The position numbers and the translations under genes are program-made. A DNA stretch of 63,445 nt, filler included, from Octopus bimaculoides (taxonomy: Eukaryota), in assembly GCF_001194135.2 (NCBI RefSeq). It is 8 parts of 8 records of this genome, joined end to end, with 100 filler letters (N's around TTAATTAATTAA, not from the genome) between each part and the next. Parts side by side here need not be neighbours in the genome. Positions count along the whole stretch, not along the records: positions 20,201 to 26,215 come from NC_068991.1; positions 26,316 to 31,418 come from NC_068987.1; positions 31,519 to 54,871 come from NC_068996.1; 5 more parts are not named here. One strand, written 5' to 3'. Shown here one piece after another: positions 26,023-38,609 of this stretch. The notes beneath the pieces are model-generated. The model was not told the origin of the DNA, ran no database searches, and was given only the letters and a program-made list of their open reading frames with translations. Within the stretch, counting starts at the first letter, position 1; each line of letters begins with the position of its first letter.

Positions 26023-26059
26023 AATCCTTTCTACTACATGCACTAGGCCTGAAATTTTG

Positions 26060-26210
26060 TGGATGGGGTTAGTCGACGACATCAACCCTAGTAGTGCTCA
26101 GCTGGTTCTTATTTCATCGTCCCCAAATGCATGAAAGAACGTAAAGACGTACGAAATGCCGCTAAGCACTTTGTCTGGCGTGCTAACGAAACTGCCAGCA
26201 CGACGGCATA
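26060..26210 (-). mobile_element. SINE family A, degenerate
   Basis: rc head GCTAAGCACTTTGTCTGGCGTGCTAACG..TGCCAGC. Confidence 0.65.
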
Positions 26211-26328
26211 ATAATNNNNNNNNNNNNNNNNNNNNNNNNNNNNNNNNNNNNNNNNNNNNTTAATTAATTAANNNNNNNNNNNNNNNNNNNNNNNNNNNNN
26301 NNNNNNNNNNNNNNNATATATATATATA

Positions 26329-26525
26329 TACTCTTTTACTTGTTTCAGTCGACAATTGACTGCGGCCATGCTGGAGCACCACCTTTAGTCGAGCAAATCG
26401 ACCCAAGGACTTATTCTTTGTAAGCCTAGTACTTATTCTATCGGCCTTTTTTGCCGAACCGCTATGTTACGGGGACGTAAACACACCAGCATGGTTGTCA
26501 AGCGATATTGGGAGGACAAACACAG

Positions 26526-26570
<45 letters not shown>

Positions 26571-26860
26571 CATATATACGACGGGCTTCTTTCAGTTTCT
26601 TTCTACCAAATCCACTCACAAGGCTTTGGTCGACCCGAGGCTATAGTAGAAGACACTTGCCCAAGGTACCACGCAGTGGCACTGAACCCGGAACCATGTG
26701 GTTGGTAAGCAAGCTACTTCTCACAGCCACCCCTCACAGTTTCTGTATACCCAATCCACTCATAAGGCTTTGGTCAGCCCAGTGCTAGAGTAGAAGATAA
26801 AAGACACTTGCCCAAAGTACCACGAAGTGGGACTGAACCCGAAACCACATACTTCACGAT
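26329..26860 (-). mobile_element. SINE family B full copy plus an adjacent partial copy
   Basis: Collinear with 22750-23175; a second head/CORE segment at 26737-26860. Confidence 0.88.
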
Positions 26861-27729
26861 ACTGCCATTCTCAAAACAAAAACAGAAAAATAAAAGCTGT
26901 AAAACAACGATTCGCCATGTTTTTTAATGACTGATGGGGGGAAAGGAAACGAAACACCCAAAACTATAGAGAAATATTTATAAATTGTTTATCGTGTTGT
27001 TATAGTTTATATACAAACGTCAAGTGCAAACATGAAAACGGTTTCCTCGGATTAAGGCGTTGTGTAATAATTGCTTGGAACTTAAAGAGAAAGCGTGCTT
27101 TTAAAATTATGTCTATGAGCTAAAAAGTTTTGTTGTTGTTGCTGTTGGTGGTGGTGGTGGTGATTCCTTGGATAATCCTGATGGATGAAAATCTTCGTTG
27201 AGAGACACTCTAGCCGTAATCAAAGCGTCTTTCCACACATAGTAGTTTGTTTCAGGCTTGGTTGTGTTTTACACCTCTTCATTCTTCTTTTTGCTGTACA
27301 AAAAAAACTGTAGAAAGAGATTTGAAAGACGTTTGGCTATTGTTTCTAGCAGAGAGAATAACCACTTGGAAGACAAAGTCTCCTCACCGGTACGTGTTTC
27401 ACTATCGTGTAGAGAAAAGGTCTATCTTCATTGTTCGCCACATTCTTCTTTCAAAAAAAACGTGTATTATAATTTTGCGTTTAATTATCAACCATCATTC
27501 AATTAAATTATAAGATTTATGACTAATGGATCGAAGACTATAAGACAAGTTATATGCCTTAGCAAATATGCCCATTGTCAATGAACGGAAACCACCTGCA
27601 TCATCATCACCACTACCATCATCATCGTCAGCAAAGTCTTCACTATCCGCGTCATCATCATCGTTTTGCCGGCATCAACAGCCAAGCTAAACATTATTAT
27701 TGTTATTACTATCAAATATTATTTGAACT

Positions 27730-27880
27730 CGCTACGTTCTGAGATCAAATTCTGTCGCGGTCGACTTTGCTTTTATCCTTTCAGGGTCGATAAATTAAGT
27801 ACCAATGAAATACTGGCGTCGATGTAATCGACTCATCCCCTCCCTCCAAAATGGCCGCCCTTGTGGCAAAATTTGAAAAA
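27730..27880 (+). mobile_element. SINE family A 3' part
   Basis: CTACGTTCTGAG..GGTCGACTTTGC..TAAGTACC. Confidence 0.8.
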
Positions 27881-27990
27881 AAAAAGTATGTATGTATGTA
27901 TACAACACATACATACTTACGCATACATACACATTTACATGTGCATGCATAAATCTGTGCGTGTATATATATGTGCATATTTGTGTGCGT

Positions 27991-28077
27991 GGAGGCGCAA
28001 TGGCCCAGTGGTTAGGGCAGCGGACTCACGGTCATAGGATCGCGGTTTCGATTCCCAGACCGGGCGTTGTGAGTGTT
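27991..28077 (+). mobile_element. SINE family C, 5' part (truncated by gap)
   Basis: Near-identical head to the 21624 copy, with box B TTCGATTCCC. Confidence 0.88.
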
Positions 28078-28897
28078 NNNNNNNNNNNNNNNNNNNNNNN
28101 NNNNNNNNNNNNNNNNNNNNNNNNNNNNNNNNNNNNNNNNNNNNNNNNNNNNNNNNNNNNNNNNNNNNNNNNNNNNNNNNNNNNNNNNNNNNNNNNNNNN
28201 NNNNNNNNNNNNNNNNNNNNNNNNNNNNNNNNNNNNNNNNNNNNNNNNNNNNNNNNNNNNNNNNNNNNNNNNNNNNNNNNNNNNNNNNNNNNNNNNNNNN
28301 NNNNNNNNNNNNNNNNNNNNNNNNNNNNNNNNNNNNNNNNNNNNNNNNNNNNNNNNNNNNNNNNNNNNNNNNNNNNNNNNNNNNNNNNNNNNNNNNNNNN
28401 NNNNNNNNNNNNNNNNNNNNNNNNNNNNNNNNNNNNNNNNNNNNNNNNNNNNNNNNNNNNNNNNNNNNNNNNNNNNNNNNNNNNNNNNNNNNNNNNNNNN
28501 NNNNNNNNNNNNNNNNNNNNNNNNNNNNNNNNNNNNNNNNNNNNNNNNNNNNNNNNNNNNNNNNNNNNNNNNNNNNNNNNNNNNNNNNNNNNNNNNNNNN
28601 NNNNNNNNNNNNNNNNNNNNNNNNNNNNNNNNNNNNNNNNNNNNNNNNNNNNNNNNNNNNNNNNNNNNNNNNNNNNNNNNNNNNNNNNNNNNNNNNNNNN
28701 NNNNNNNNNNNNNNNNNNNNNNNNNNNNNNNNNNNNNNNNNNNNNNNNNNNNNNNNNNNNNNNNNNNNNNNNNNNNNNNNNNNNNNNNNNNNNNNNNNNN
28801 NNNNNNNNNNNNNNNNNNNNNNNNNNNNNNNNNNNNNNNNNNNNNNNNNNNNNNNNNNNNNNNNNNNNNNNNNNNNNNNNNNNNNNNNNNTAAAAGA

Positions 28898-28953
<56 letters not shown>

Positions 28954-29916
28954 ATTTATGTCTAGCATCCTTATATAGTGAACTTCAAATAGTAAAGCAA
29001 GACTTTCAACTGGAACATCACGTAAACACATGGTATAGCAGTTGTCAAGCTAAACGTTTGCTTGCCACTCACACACACACACACACACACACACCACAGT
29101 CTGTGGTATCAGCAACGAGGTTAACATTTTCTTCTTCTTTCTCTCCAAGGCTCATAGGCATTATTAGCTGCGTAATCTCCTTCGCGTTCCCTTTCCTAAC
29201 TTGTCTCTTGCTCTGCGTCTCTTTGCCTCTGTGCATGTGTGTCCGTGTGACTGCGAGGGTGCGCACGCGCGTGTGTACAAATTTATGTATGGATGTATGT
29301 GTGTGCATCTGAATGTAGGCTATGTGTGTGTGTGTGTGTAAAGAGATATGTGTATATTTGTACATATATACATGTGTATATGCATATAAATATATATAAT
29401 ATACTTGTGTGTGTATGTATATATATATATATATATATNNNNNNNNNNNNNNNNNNNNNNNNNNNNNNNNNNNNNNNNNNNNNNNNNNNNNNNNNNNNNN
29501 NNNNNNNNNNNNNNNNNNNNNNNNNNNNNNNNNNNNNNNNNNNNNNNNNNNNNNNNNNNNNNNNNNNNNNNNNNNNNNNNNNNNNNNNNNNNNNNNNNNN
29601 NNNNNNNNNNNNNNNNNNNNNNNNNNNNNNNNNNNNNNNNNNNNNNNNNNNNNNNNNNNNNNNNNNNNNNNNNNNNNNNNNNNNNNNNNNNNNNNNNNNN
29701 NNNNNNNNNNNNNNNNNNNNNNNNNNNNNNNNNNNNNNNNNNNNNNNNNNNNNNNNNNNNNNNNNNNNNNNNNNNNNNNNNNNNNNNTTCCGATCTTATA
29801 TATATACGCATATATATGTAGATATATAGGCATATACATATGTAGATATATATGCACATATCTGTAGATATATAATTATGTATATATGTACATATATGTG
29901 TGTGTGTGTGCATTTG

Positions 29917-30201
29917 CATGGTATCTTGGGCAAGTGTCTTATAGCTTTAGGATGACCAAAGCCTTATGAGTGAATTTGGTGGGCGGAGACAGAGAGAAAC
30001 CCGTCGTGTGTGTGTGTGCGTCACCCACAACTGCATGGCCATCGGTGTTGCTTTGTTATGTCCTCTCAACTTGGCCGTTCGGCAAAAAAGAGACCGATAG
30101 AAAAAGTATCAGGCTTTAAAAAATAGAAGTACTAAATTCGATACGTTTGACTAATAAAAAAATCTTCAGCGTGGTGCCCCAGTATGGCCGAAATCTAATG
30201 A
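29917..30201 (+). mobile_element. SINE family B, degenerate
   Basis: CTTGGGCAAGTGTCTT CORE, short microsatellite, tail. Confidence 0.78.
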
Positions 30202-30236
30202 TAAACACACACACACACACACATGAAATACCATAA

Positions 30237-31395
30237 TCACAAAATGAATTTAGAGAGCAGTAAACGACCACACACCTCACAAATCCAGTTCACGATGTTC
30301 TTATTAATGTTCATACTGTGGCCTATTGGAAGCTGGCGTTTAAGATTTTCATGATCAAGACGTCTCTCTTCAAACATTCTATAGCCTTCCTTTACATATC
30401 CTCTCCATTTACCCCTCTTTAAAGCAAGCACTTCCCAGTTCTAATCTTCAAGGTGAAGATCTTTAAGGTTGTTTGTTATGCAATACTTATATCTTTTTCT
30501 TGGTTTGTGCTGAGGGCGTTTCCCAGAATGCAATTGACTGTAAAATAGTTGTTTTGGGAGTCTTTCCTCATTCATGAGCATAACGCATTTCAGAGGATAT
30601 GATGATGGATTCAATGCTCGTGCAGCCAGCATTTATAAGGATATGTGTGTCAAGTAATTTCTGTTGCGATTTGATGTTTAGGATTCTTCTTAAACACTTA
30701 AAGTGTTCAAGCAAATTGAGGTGCTTACGATGTAGTGTCCACGTTTCCGAAGAGTACAACAGAGTACTTAGAATGCAGGCCTTGTACACACTAACCTTGG
30801 TCTTGATATTGATGTCATGATCTGTCCACACTCTCTTTTCGAGTTTTCCAAAGGCTACAGAGGCTTTCTGAATGCGCAGGTATATTTCTGCACCCAGTGA
30901 ACCATCCCTTGATAATGTACTGCCCAGGTAAGCAAAATTGTAAACTACACCCAACCTAGTTCCATGGACCAATATATTTGGCTCGATATATGCTTCCTCT
31001 GGTGATGGGGTGAACATTACCTTGGTCTTTTTAAAATTAATTTCCATGACAAAAAGCATTACAAGATGCTGCAAAACAATCCATGATGTGTTGCATGTCA
31101 TCCTGAGAGCGAGCCAAAAAGTCAACATCGTCTGCATACAAGAGTTCTCTAATTGATATTTGGAACAATTTCGATTTGAAGTTGAAACTTCTTAGGTCAA
31201 AGATCCTTCCTGTAGTTCTAATTTTCAATAGAATACCCTTTGCACAGTCCTTGAACGCATGAATCAGCATCACAGCAAAAAATATTGAGAACAGTGTGGG
31301 TATCTCCCTGCTTCACGCCTTTATCAACTGGGATTTCATTGGACAATTTTCCATTCAAGACAACCCGTGACTTCATATTTCTGTGCAATCGAATG
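30237..31395 (-). mobile_element. RTE-clade (BovB-like) LINE 3' fragment, frameshifted
   Basis: GVKQGD, RELLYADD, KKTKVM, FAYLGSTLS, KVSVYKACILSTLLYSSETWTL, RLPKQLFYSQL, and C-terminal CEVCGRLLLSK. Confidence 0.93.
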
Positions 31396-32003
31396 AACAT
31401 ATATATATATATATATATNNNNNNNNNNNNNNNNNNNNNNNNNNNNNNNNNNNNNNNNNNNNTTAATTAATTAANNNNNNNNNNNNNNNNNNNNNNNNNN
31501 NNNNNNNNNNNNNNNNNNTTAGAATATTTAGCTGAGGATCAGAATAGAGTATTCTTTGCTCTTAACTGTGAAACGATCGTACTAAATTAACTAAAGGCAA
31601 GTGGTTTTTTTACTCTTCTCTACTGTTTTTTGTTCTGTGTGTATCAAAAATATCGCTATCAATTTAGAGTAAAATTTGTAGTTTTGGAATCAGTAGTTCT
31701 TTGGCTGCTATTTCTGAATTCTCAGTATGTTGGAGAAGCAGGTTACTGTCAATCCCTATATATTTATGATTATATTTATATACATATATATTTACATATA
31801 TATGTCACGATGATATTTTGGTTCATTGATTGATGAGGAAAACTCACCTGCGAAAATTTCGCGTATCGTGTCTTTGTCTATATTCCCCGTTTGTTCAGTT
31901 TTCGTCTAGTTTCTTGTTTGCTATGCTTTCGTCTAAGTTTTTGTCCTTGCTGTTTTCTGTCTGTTCAATCCTTGATGTATNNNNNNNNNNATATATATAT
32001 ATA

Positions 32004-33263
32004 CAGTGGTTGAACAAAATAATGGAAACACGTTAAAATTTCAAACAAATTTATTTAAATATATTGTAGGACCGCCTTTGGCAGTAATTACAGCTTGAAT
32101 TCTACTTGTACAAAGTTTGAATTTTCACCGAAGGAATTTTTGTTCATTCTTCAACTAAAACATTCATTAATTCTTGTAGTGATGTTGGTGGAGGATATCA
32201 ACTCCTTACATTTTTTTTCTAAAATGCACCAGAAATGTTCAATAATATTGAGATCTGTTGACTGTGGTGCCCAGACAAGATGTTCAACTTCTCTAGAACG
32301 TTCCTCGTGCCATTCAGGAACAAACTTAGCTGTGTGAATTGGTGCATTATCATCCTGAAAGATTGCGTTTCCCTCCGGAAAAAGTTCTGCAATCATAAGA
32401 TGAATTTGATCAGATAAAATGCTTAAATATTCTTGACTATTAATTCTGACATGAAGGGAAAACATTGGGCTGGTGGATTTCCAAGATATAACCCGCAGAT
32501 CATCACAGATCCTTCCTCCTCCATGTTTAACAGTTGGAAGAAGGCAGTCTGGTTCAACTACTTCTTTTGACTGTCGCCACACGTATACTCGGCTGGGGGT
32601 CGGAAATAAGATAAAGGATGATGTGTTCGAGAAAATAGCATTCTTCTGTTCCAGGGACGAATTCTGTAGGTTTTTACTCCACTTTAAACTCTTTGTAATG
32701 TTTGTTTTTGAAAGTAGTGGTTTTCTGATTGCAACCCTTTCTTGAGATCCCGCTTTGTGCGGCTCTCGGTGAACAGTTTTTCTGGAAACTGAGTTCCCGA
32801 GGTGGTCATTAATTTCTGCATTAATTTTCAGGAGCAATACTTTTGTGATCTTTCCTAGCAATTCGCATAAGAGTCCGACGGTCTCTATGTGAAAGTTTTG
32901 GTTTTCTTCCGGAGTTTTGTTTCAGTGAGGAGATTTTTCCCGCTTTGTCAAAGGCTGTCATTACTTTCGAGACAGTACTTCTTGATGCACCAAATATTTC
33001 GGCTGTTTTCGTTACGCTAGCGCCAGCCATACGAGCACCAACAATTTGACCTCTTCGAAAGTCCGACAGATTCGTCATTTTAATGAATTCTAATTACCTT
33101 TTTCTGATGACACCTGAAAAGAAACAGAAATTTTAACAAAACATATCAAGCAACACTAATAATAAATCCAAAAACATAAAAATAAACAAGCATTGATAGT
33201 TTTATAGATATTTCAAAATTACGATGCTATGGTGCTAGGTATTTCCATTACTTTGTCCAACAC

Positions 33264-33266
<3 letters not shown>
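32004..33266 (-). mobile_element. Tc1-family DNA transposon, near full length, decayed transposase
   Basis: Imperfect 28-bp TIRs (left CAGTGGTTGAACAAAATAATGGAAACAC; right, reverse-complemented, CAGGTGTTGGACAAAGTAATGGAAATAC), with (TA)n on both sides. The minus-strand transposase is split by a frameshift into ORFs 32821-33078 and 32151-32861. Confidence 0.95.
32151..33078 (-). pseudogene. Tc1 DD34E transposase pseudogene
   Basis: N-terminal LSDFRRGQIVGARMAG..SRSTVSKV..SGRKPKLS; catalytic region FQDDNAPIHTAK and WAPQSTDLNIIEHFW. The first catalytic D motif is degenerate (FSNTSSF), and there is a frameshift near 32830. Confidence 0.9.
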
Positions 33267-33343
<77 letters not shown>

Positions 33344-34071
33344 TTCAACTACCGTAGTAGTTGAGTAATATTCTTAAGGCCGCAATTTACTCCCACACAG
33401 CATCTTTCAGAGCTTGTTGCGAATTCGGTTCTCAACCAAATGGAAAACCGTTAACATTTTGTAAGAGGGCTGGTCCCTTGTTACAGTTTTGGCATAAAAA
33501 AATTGCCATCTAGTCCAGTAGAAAAAAGTTTACATCAAAATTTGTAGCGACGTTATAGGACAGTAAGTAATGCCTCCAATCAAGTTTAGATCTAAAAATC
33601 TTTTCTTTTTACTTTAAAAGCAAAATATGTTAATCTTAGCTTCAATGATTGAAGAAAGCGTGAAGAATTTCATGGTCTTGGTCCCATGCAACAAACATTT
33701 GTATCAAAAAGGTTATGAGGTAAAATATCATGAAATAAAATATAAATAAGGCAAAAAATTGGATCTAAGTATAATTAACTTTTATATTTCAAAAACAAAC
33801 TATATTTAAGTTTAAATGATAGAGCTCAAATCGAGAAATTTCATGGTATGAAGTTTTAAAAGAAATTACATGCAAGGAAGTTTTAAAAGAAATATGTTAT
33901 GAATGTTTGTTTCTCAAATTTGAGGGTGATAATATAGTTCTATACTTTATTATGAATATAGTGCTAAGGAAATTTTAATATATGTCATCAAGAAATTATC
34001 AACGACACCGCTAATTGACACATTTGACACATTATTAATTAACATAATAGCATAGACTTGGAAAAACATGG

Positions 34072-34981
34072 ATTACATGGAAAAATGTGAGCAAGAGAAA
34101 TAATATTATTACGATTATAAATCTGGAAATGTACAGGACAAGTTATTAGACTTGGAAAAGTTCAGGACAGGTTATTACATCTGGTAAAGTGCAGAACCAG
34201 AAAAGTTTTACTTAAAATATTGCAGCTAAGGAAAAAAATTGAATATTAAAAGTTATCTGAATTTAATTTACAAAGTAACATTATAATTAAAAAAGGTATC
34301 ATCATTTTGTTAAAATATTGACAGATTAGAATACTTAAAAAATTAAAGTCAGCAGTACCAATATAGCTAAAGTTTTATGCAAAGTAGAATAGTATATATG
34401 GTAGGCAAATTCATTATATAAAAAAATAGGGATTGGGTCAAGACTGAAAATGTGAAGACCTGGCAATAACTTCGGCAATAACTCAAGCAAATTTTACTGT
34501 GAATTTGTTGTTATAGTTGGATTTTACTATAATAAATAACTAATTTTTGTATTATTCTATTTATTGTACTAATTATATACTATTATTATTTTTCATAACC
34601 TATTTTCAAATTTCTAATTATTAATTAATAATTTAAAAAATTAATATTTTAAATGTGCAAAATATATTTTGAGTTATTTTTAATAGAAGTAACAAGTAAT
34701 AACAAATAGAAGTAATAACTTGTAATAACATTTTTAGTTTTAATAAAAGCTAATGTTTTCTAAANNNNNNNNNNTAACATTTTTAGTTTTAATAAAAGCT
34801 AATGTTTTCTAAATCCAAATATTTTATTTGAAATTTTATCCTTAGCTGCAATATTTTAAGTAAAAATATTTTGTTCTTTACTTTACCAGATGTAATAACT
34901 TGTCGGGAACTTTTCCGAGTGTGATAACTTGTCCTGTACCTTTTCAGATTTATAATCTTTGGTCGCATTTTCCCATGTAAT
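34072..34981. mobile_element. Non-autonomous long-TIR (foldback/MULE-like) element
   Basis: ~180-bp inverted arms (about 34072-34250 and 34815-34981), visibly highly similar, beginning ATTACATGG. Internal subrepeats GGACAAGTTATTA..TGG(A/T)AAAGT. AT-rich non-coding interior. Confidence 0.75.
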
Positions 34982-35067
34982 ATATGTATGTAGTTATGTA
35001 TGTATATATGTATTTGTCTGCAGGATTCTTCATGCGAAATTGTGCGTTGAAACAAATATTGTTATAC

Positions 35068-35330
35068 TTGGGGATGGTCATATTTTGCCAGTTAAACACA
35101 CGCACTATATATATTTAGTGTTCATTTCAGCTTTATTATTATTTTAGTTTCTTTGTAAGAGTTCTTTCGTTACACACCCTGTGACCTCTTCAACGTCTCT
35201 TTATCCCTGACGTCTCAAGACGTGTGACAGAAGAGATTTCACCAAGAAACAAAAAAAAAATTAGTAAAGCTGAGGGAAAGACAAGACATATAATGCGTGT
35301 GTCTAAATGGCAAAATATGACCACTCCCAA
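35068..35330. mobile_element. MITE, unclassified family, copy 2
   Basis: ~45-bp TIRs TTGGGGATGGTCATATTTTGCCAGTTAAACACACGCACTATAT / rc TTGGGAGTGGTCATATTTTGCCATTTAGACACACGCATTATAT. Internal motif ACACACCCTGTGACCTCTT is shared with copy 1. Confidence 0.85.
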
Positions 35331-35333
35331 TAT

Positions 35334-35370
<37 letters not shown>

Positions 35371-36292
35371 NNNNNNNNNNNNNNNNNNNNNNNNNNNNNN
35401 NNNNNNNNNNNNNNNNNNNNNNNNNNNNNNNNNNNNNNNNNNNNNNNNNNNNNNNNNNNNNNNNNNNNNNNNNNNNNNNNNNNNNNNNNNNNNNNNNNNN
35501 NNNNNNNNNNNNNNNNNNNNNNNNNNNNNNNNNNNNNNNNNNNNNNNNNNNNNNNNNNNNNNNNNNNNNNNNNNNNNNNNNNNNNNNNNNNNNNNNNNNN
35601 NNNNNNNNNNNNNNNNNNNNNNNNNNNNNNNNNNNNNNNNNNNNNNNNNNNNNNNNNNNNNNNNNNNNNNNNNNNNNNNNNNNNNNNNNNNNNNNNNNNN
35701 NNNNNNNNNNNNNNNNNNNNNNNNNNNNNNNNNNNNNNNNNNNNNNNNNNNNNNNNNNNNNNNNNNNNNNNNNNNNNNNNNNNNNNNNNNNNNNNNNNNN
35801 NNNNNNNNNNNNNNNNNNNNNNNNNNNNNNNNNNNNNNNNNNNNNNNNNNNNNNNNNNNNNNNNNNNNNNNNNNNNNNNNNNNNNNNNNNNNNNNNNNNN
35901 NNNNNNNNNNNNNNNNNNNNNNNNNNNNNNNNNNNNNNNNNNNNNNNNNNNNNNNNNNNNNNNNNNNNNNNNNNNNNNNNNNNNNNNNNNNNNNNNNNNN
36001 NNNNNNNNNNNNNNNNNNNNNNNNNNNNNNNNNNNNNNNNNNNNNNNNNNNNNNNNNNNNNNNNNNNNNNNNNNNNNNNNNNNNNNNNNNNNNNNNNNNN
36101 NNNNNNNNNNNNNNNNNNNNNNNNNNNNNNNNNNNNNNNNNNNNNNNNNNNNNNNNNNNNNNNNNNNCACATATAGAAAAATTAATAATTAAAAGCACAA
36201 TAAATTATTAATTTTTCTATATGTGACAGTGGATTTTCATCGATGAGTTCATGAACCTTGGTTCTTTTCCCTATATATATATATATATATAT

Positions 36293-36432
36293 ACAACAGG
36301 CTTCTTTCAGTTTCCAGCTAACAAATCAACTCACAAAGTTTTGGTGGTCCCGATGTTATAGTAGAAGACACTGGCCCAGTGGGACTGAACCCGGAACTCG
36401 CAAGCTACTTACCACACCGCCACTCTTGCGCC
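36293..36432 (-). mobile_element. SINE family B head/CORE
   Basis: CTTCTTTCAGTTTCC..CTACTTACCACAC..GCGCC. Confidence 0.78.
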
Positions 36433-37239
36433 TATAGCTTCTAGGGACGCGGGTTTTCGCTTTGTAACCATAATATATTATCAAGTGTGTTGAAAATTTG
36501 CAAATGAAAACAATACAAATTTTGTGTTAACAATGCGTCATTTTCTCATTTAAATTTACCTATTTTTCTATTTTCGGTCGCATTGTTTATATAGACATAT
36601 TCGTATACGAAACGGCGTAACTTTCAGTAACTAACCAACAATGTTACACAAATACACTTCACTGTGTTCCAGTCATTTTTTCCTCGCCCCTCCCTAATTC
36701 TTTTGCCCTTCTGCCTCTACCTCTCTCTCTTCTCTTCCCACGTGATCGGTGTCCGGCCAAGCGTGATCTTTCTTTCTTGGCCGGTCGTTATGCGTGCACC
36801 ATCGTTATTCCTCCCTGTTCCTGTGAAATCTTGTATTTCTGCCGTAAGGCCTTATTTCCACACACGCCAGCTTATTCAATTCGTCCTTAGTCGAAAGCCA
36901 TCTCTTGTTATGTCCTGTTTTATTATTTTTATTGTATTTGTGTAACATTGTTCGTTTTTTTCTGTCCTTGCTCTTATACACATTCACTGCTTTCTTCCAA
37001 GGGATCTACTGCTCTTAGCTTAGTTTTTCCCTGGGGCTGGCCAGATTGGAGCAATATCGAGAATAACCAGCCGAAATTGCAAGGATAATCTGGATCTCGG
37101 CTGAGGAAAGAAAACTCCGAATGACCTGTCCTTGTTTCCTTGTATCGTTTATCTGGATGTTTTGCGTCCTTGTCCCATTCTGTATTTTTTATACATATAT
37201 ATAAATAGCGGCGTACGTACACCTTGTCTCTTATATGTA

Positions 37240-37277
<38 letters not shown>

Positions 37278-37419
37278 GTGTGTGTACACCCATGCACATA
37301 TACGTATAGATGTATTTATATTTATATTTGTATAAGTATTTGAATACATATACATGTAAGTATGTATATGTATGTGTGCATGTGTATACATACATGCATA
37401 TATATATATGTATGTATAA

Positions 37420-37517
<98 letters not shown>

Positions 37518-38255
37518 GTATGTATATATATATGTTTGTATATATGTGTGTTTATGGACAAAAATGGAAACATGATGAGAACACGAAGTGATAGATATAC
37601 ACGGAGAAGTAGGGGGAGCGAGAGATACATTGATAGATGCAGAGGGAGAGAGTGAGTGAATGCGTGAGTGAGTGAGTGAGTGAGTGAGTGAGTGAGTGAG
37701 AGATTGAGTGGGTGAGCGAGGCGGGTAGAGAGGTGGAGTTGGAAAGAAATAATTCCAAACAGAAGCCAAAGAAAAACGAGAAGCCTGTATAATATAGGAG
37801 AATCTTGATTAAGAATATTCTGCTGCATCGAATGTAGAAACTAAGAGAAGAAATTAAGAAATTAAAATACTAAGACAATAATATAACCAACAGAAAGAAA
37901 GAAGAGGAATTGATAAAAGTTCGAAACTAAAAGAATCATTACAAGTGCTACCAATTTCACCATAGACGGTTAAAAATCTTCAGCACTTCGATGTTGCCGA
38001 TTGTGCAGTTATAGCCAGTCAAAGAGATAGGAATCTAGAGTCTATAGTAAATGTAAATATTAACAAATTCCACTGAAGACCACCAAATATACGCACACAC
38101 ACGCACACACACACATACACACACACACAAAAAAAAACACACACACACACAAAAAAACACACACACACATATATATCTTCGTATGTAAATGTATACGTGT
38201 ATATAAATATATATGCATCTCTCTCACACATTCACACTATCTATATGTATGTATT

Positions 38256-38290
<35 letters not shown>

Positions 38291-38312
38291 ATGTATGTAA
38301 TTGTGTGTGTGA

Positions 38313-38356
<44 letters not shown>

Positions 38357-38609
38357 ATAATATTATTAAAATACCATTATACGTATGTATGTATGTATGT
38401 GTGTATGTATGTATGTATGTATGTATGTATGTATGTATGTGTGTATGTATGTATATATGTATGTATGTTTGTATGTATGTATGTATGTATGCATGTACAT
38501 ACCTAAATACTTACATAGATAATTACATACATACTCACATACATAAGTATATATACGATGAGTATGTAGGGATAAATTCTCCACGCGGCACCGTAATGTA
38601 TACATACAA

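Noticed and set aside
33345-33364. Perfect 8-bp hairpin TCAACTAC-CGTA-GTAGTTGA
   Set aside because: Isolated; no element boundary or terminator context to support a call.
34728-34812. Exact ~38-bp direct repeat either side of a 10-N gap
   Set aside because: Typical unmerged contig overlap.
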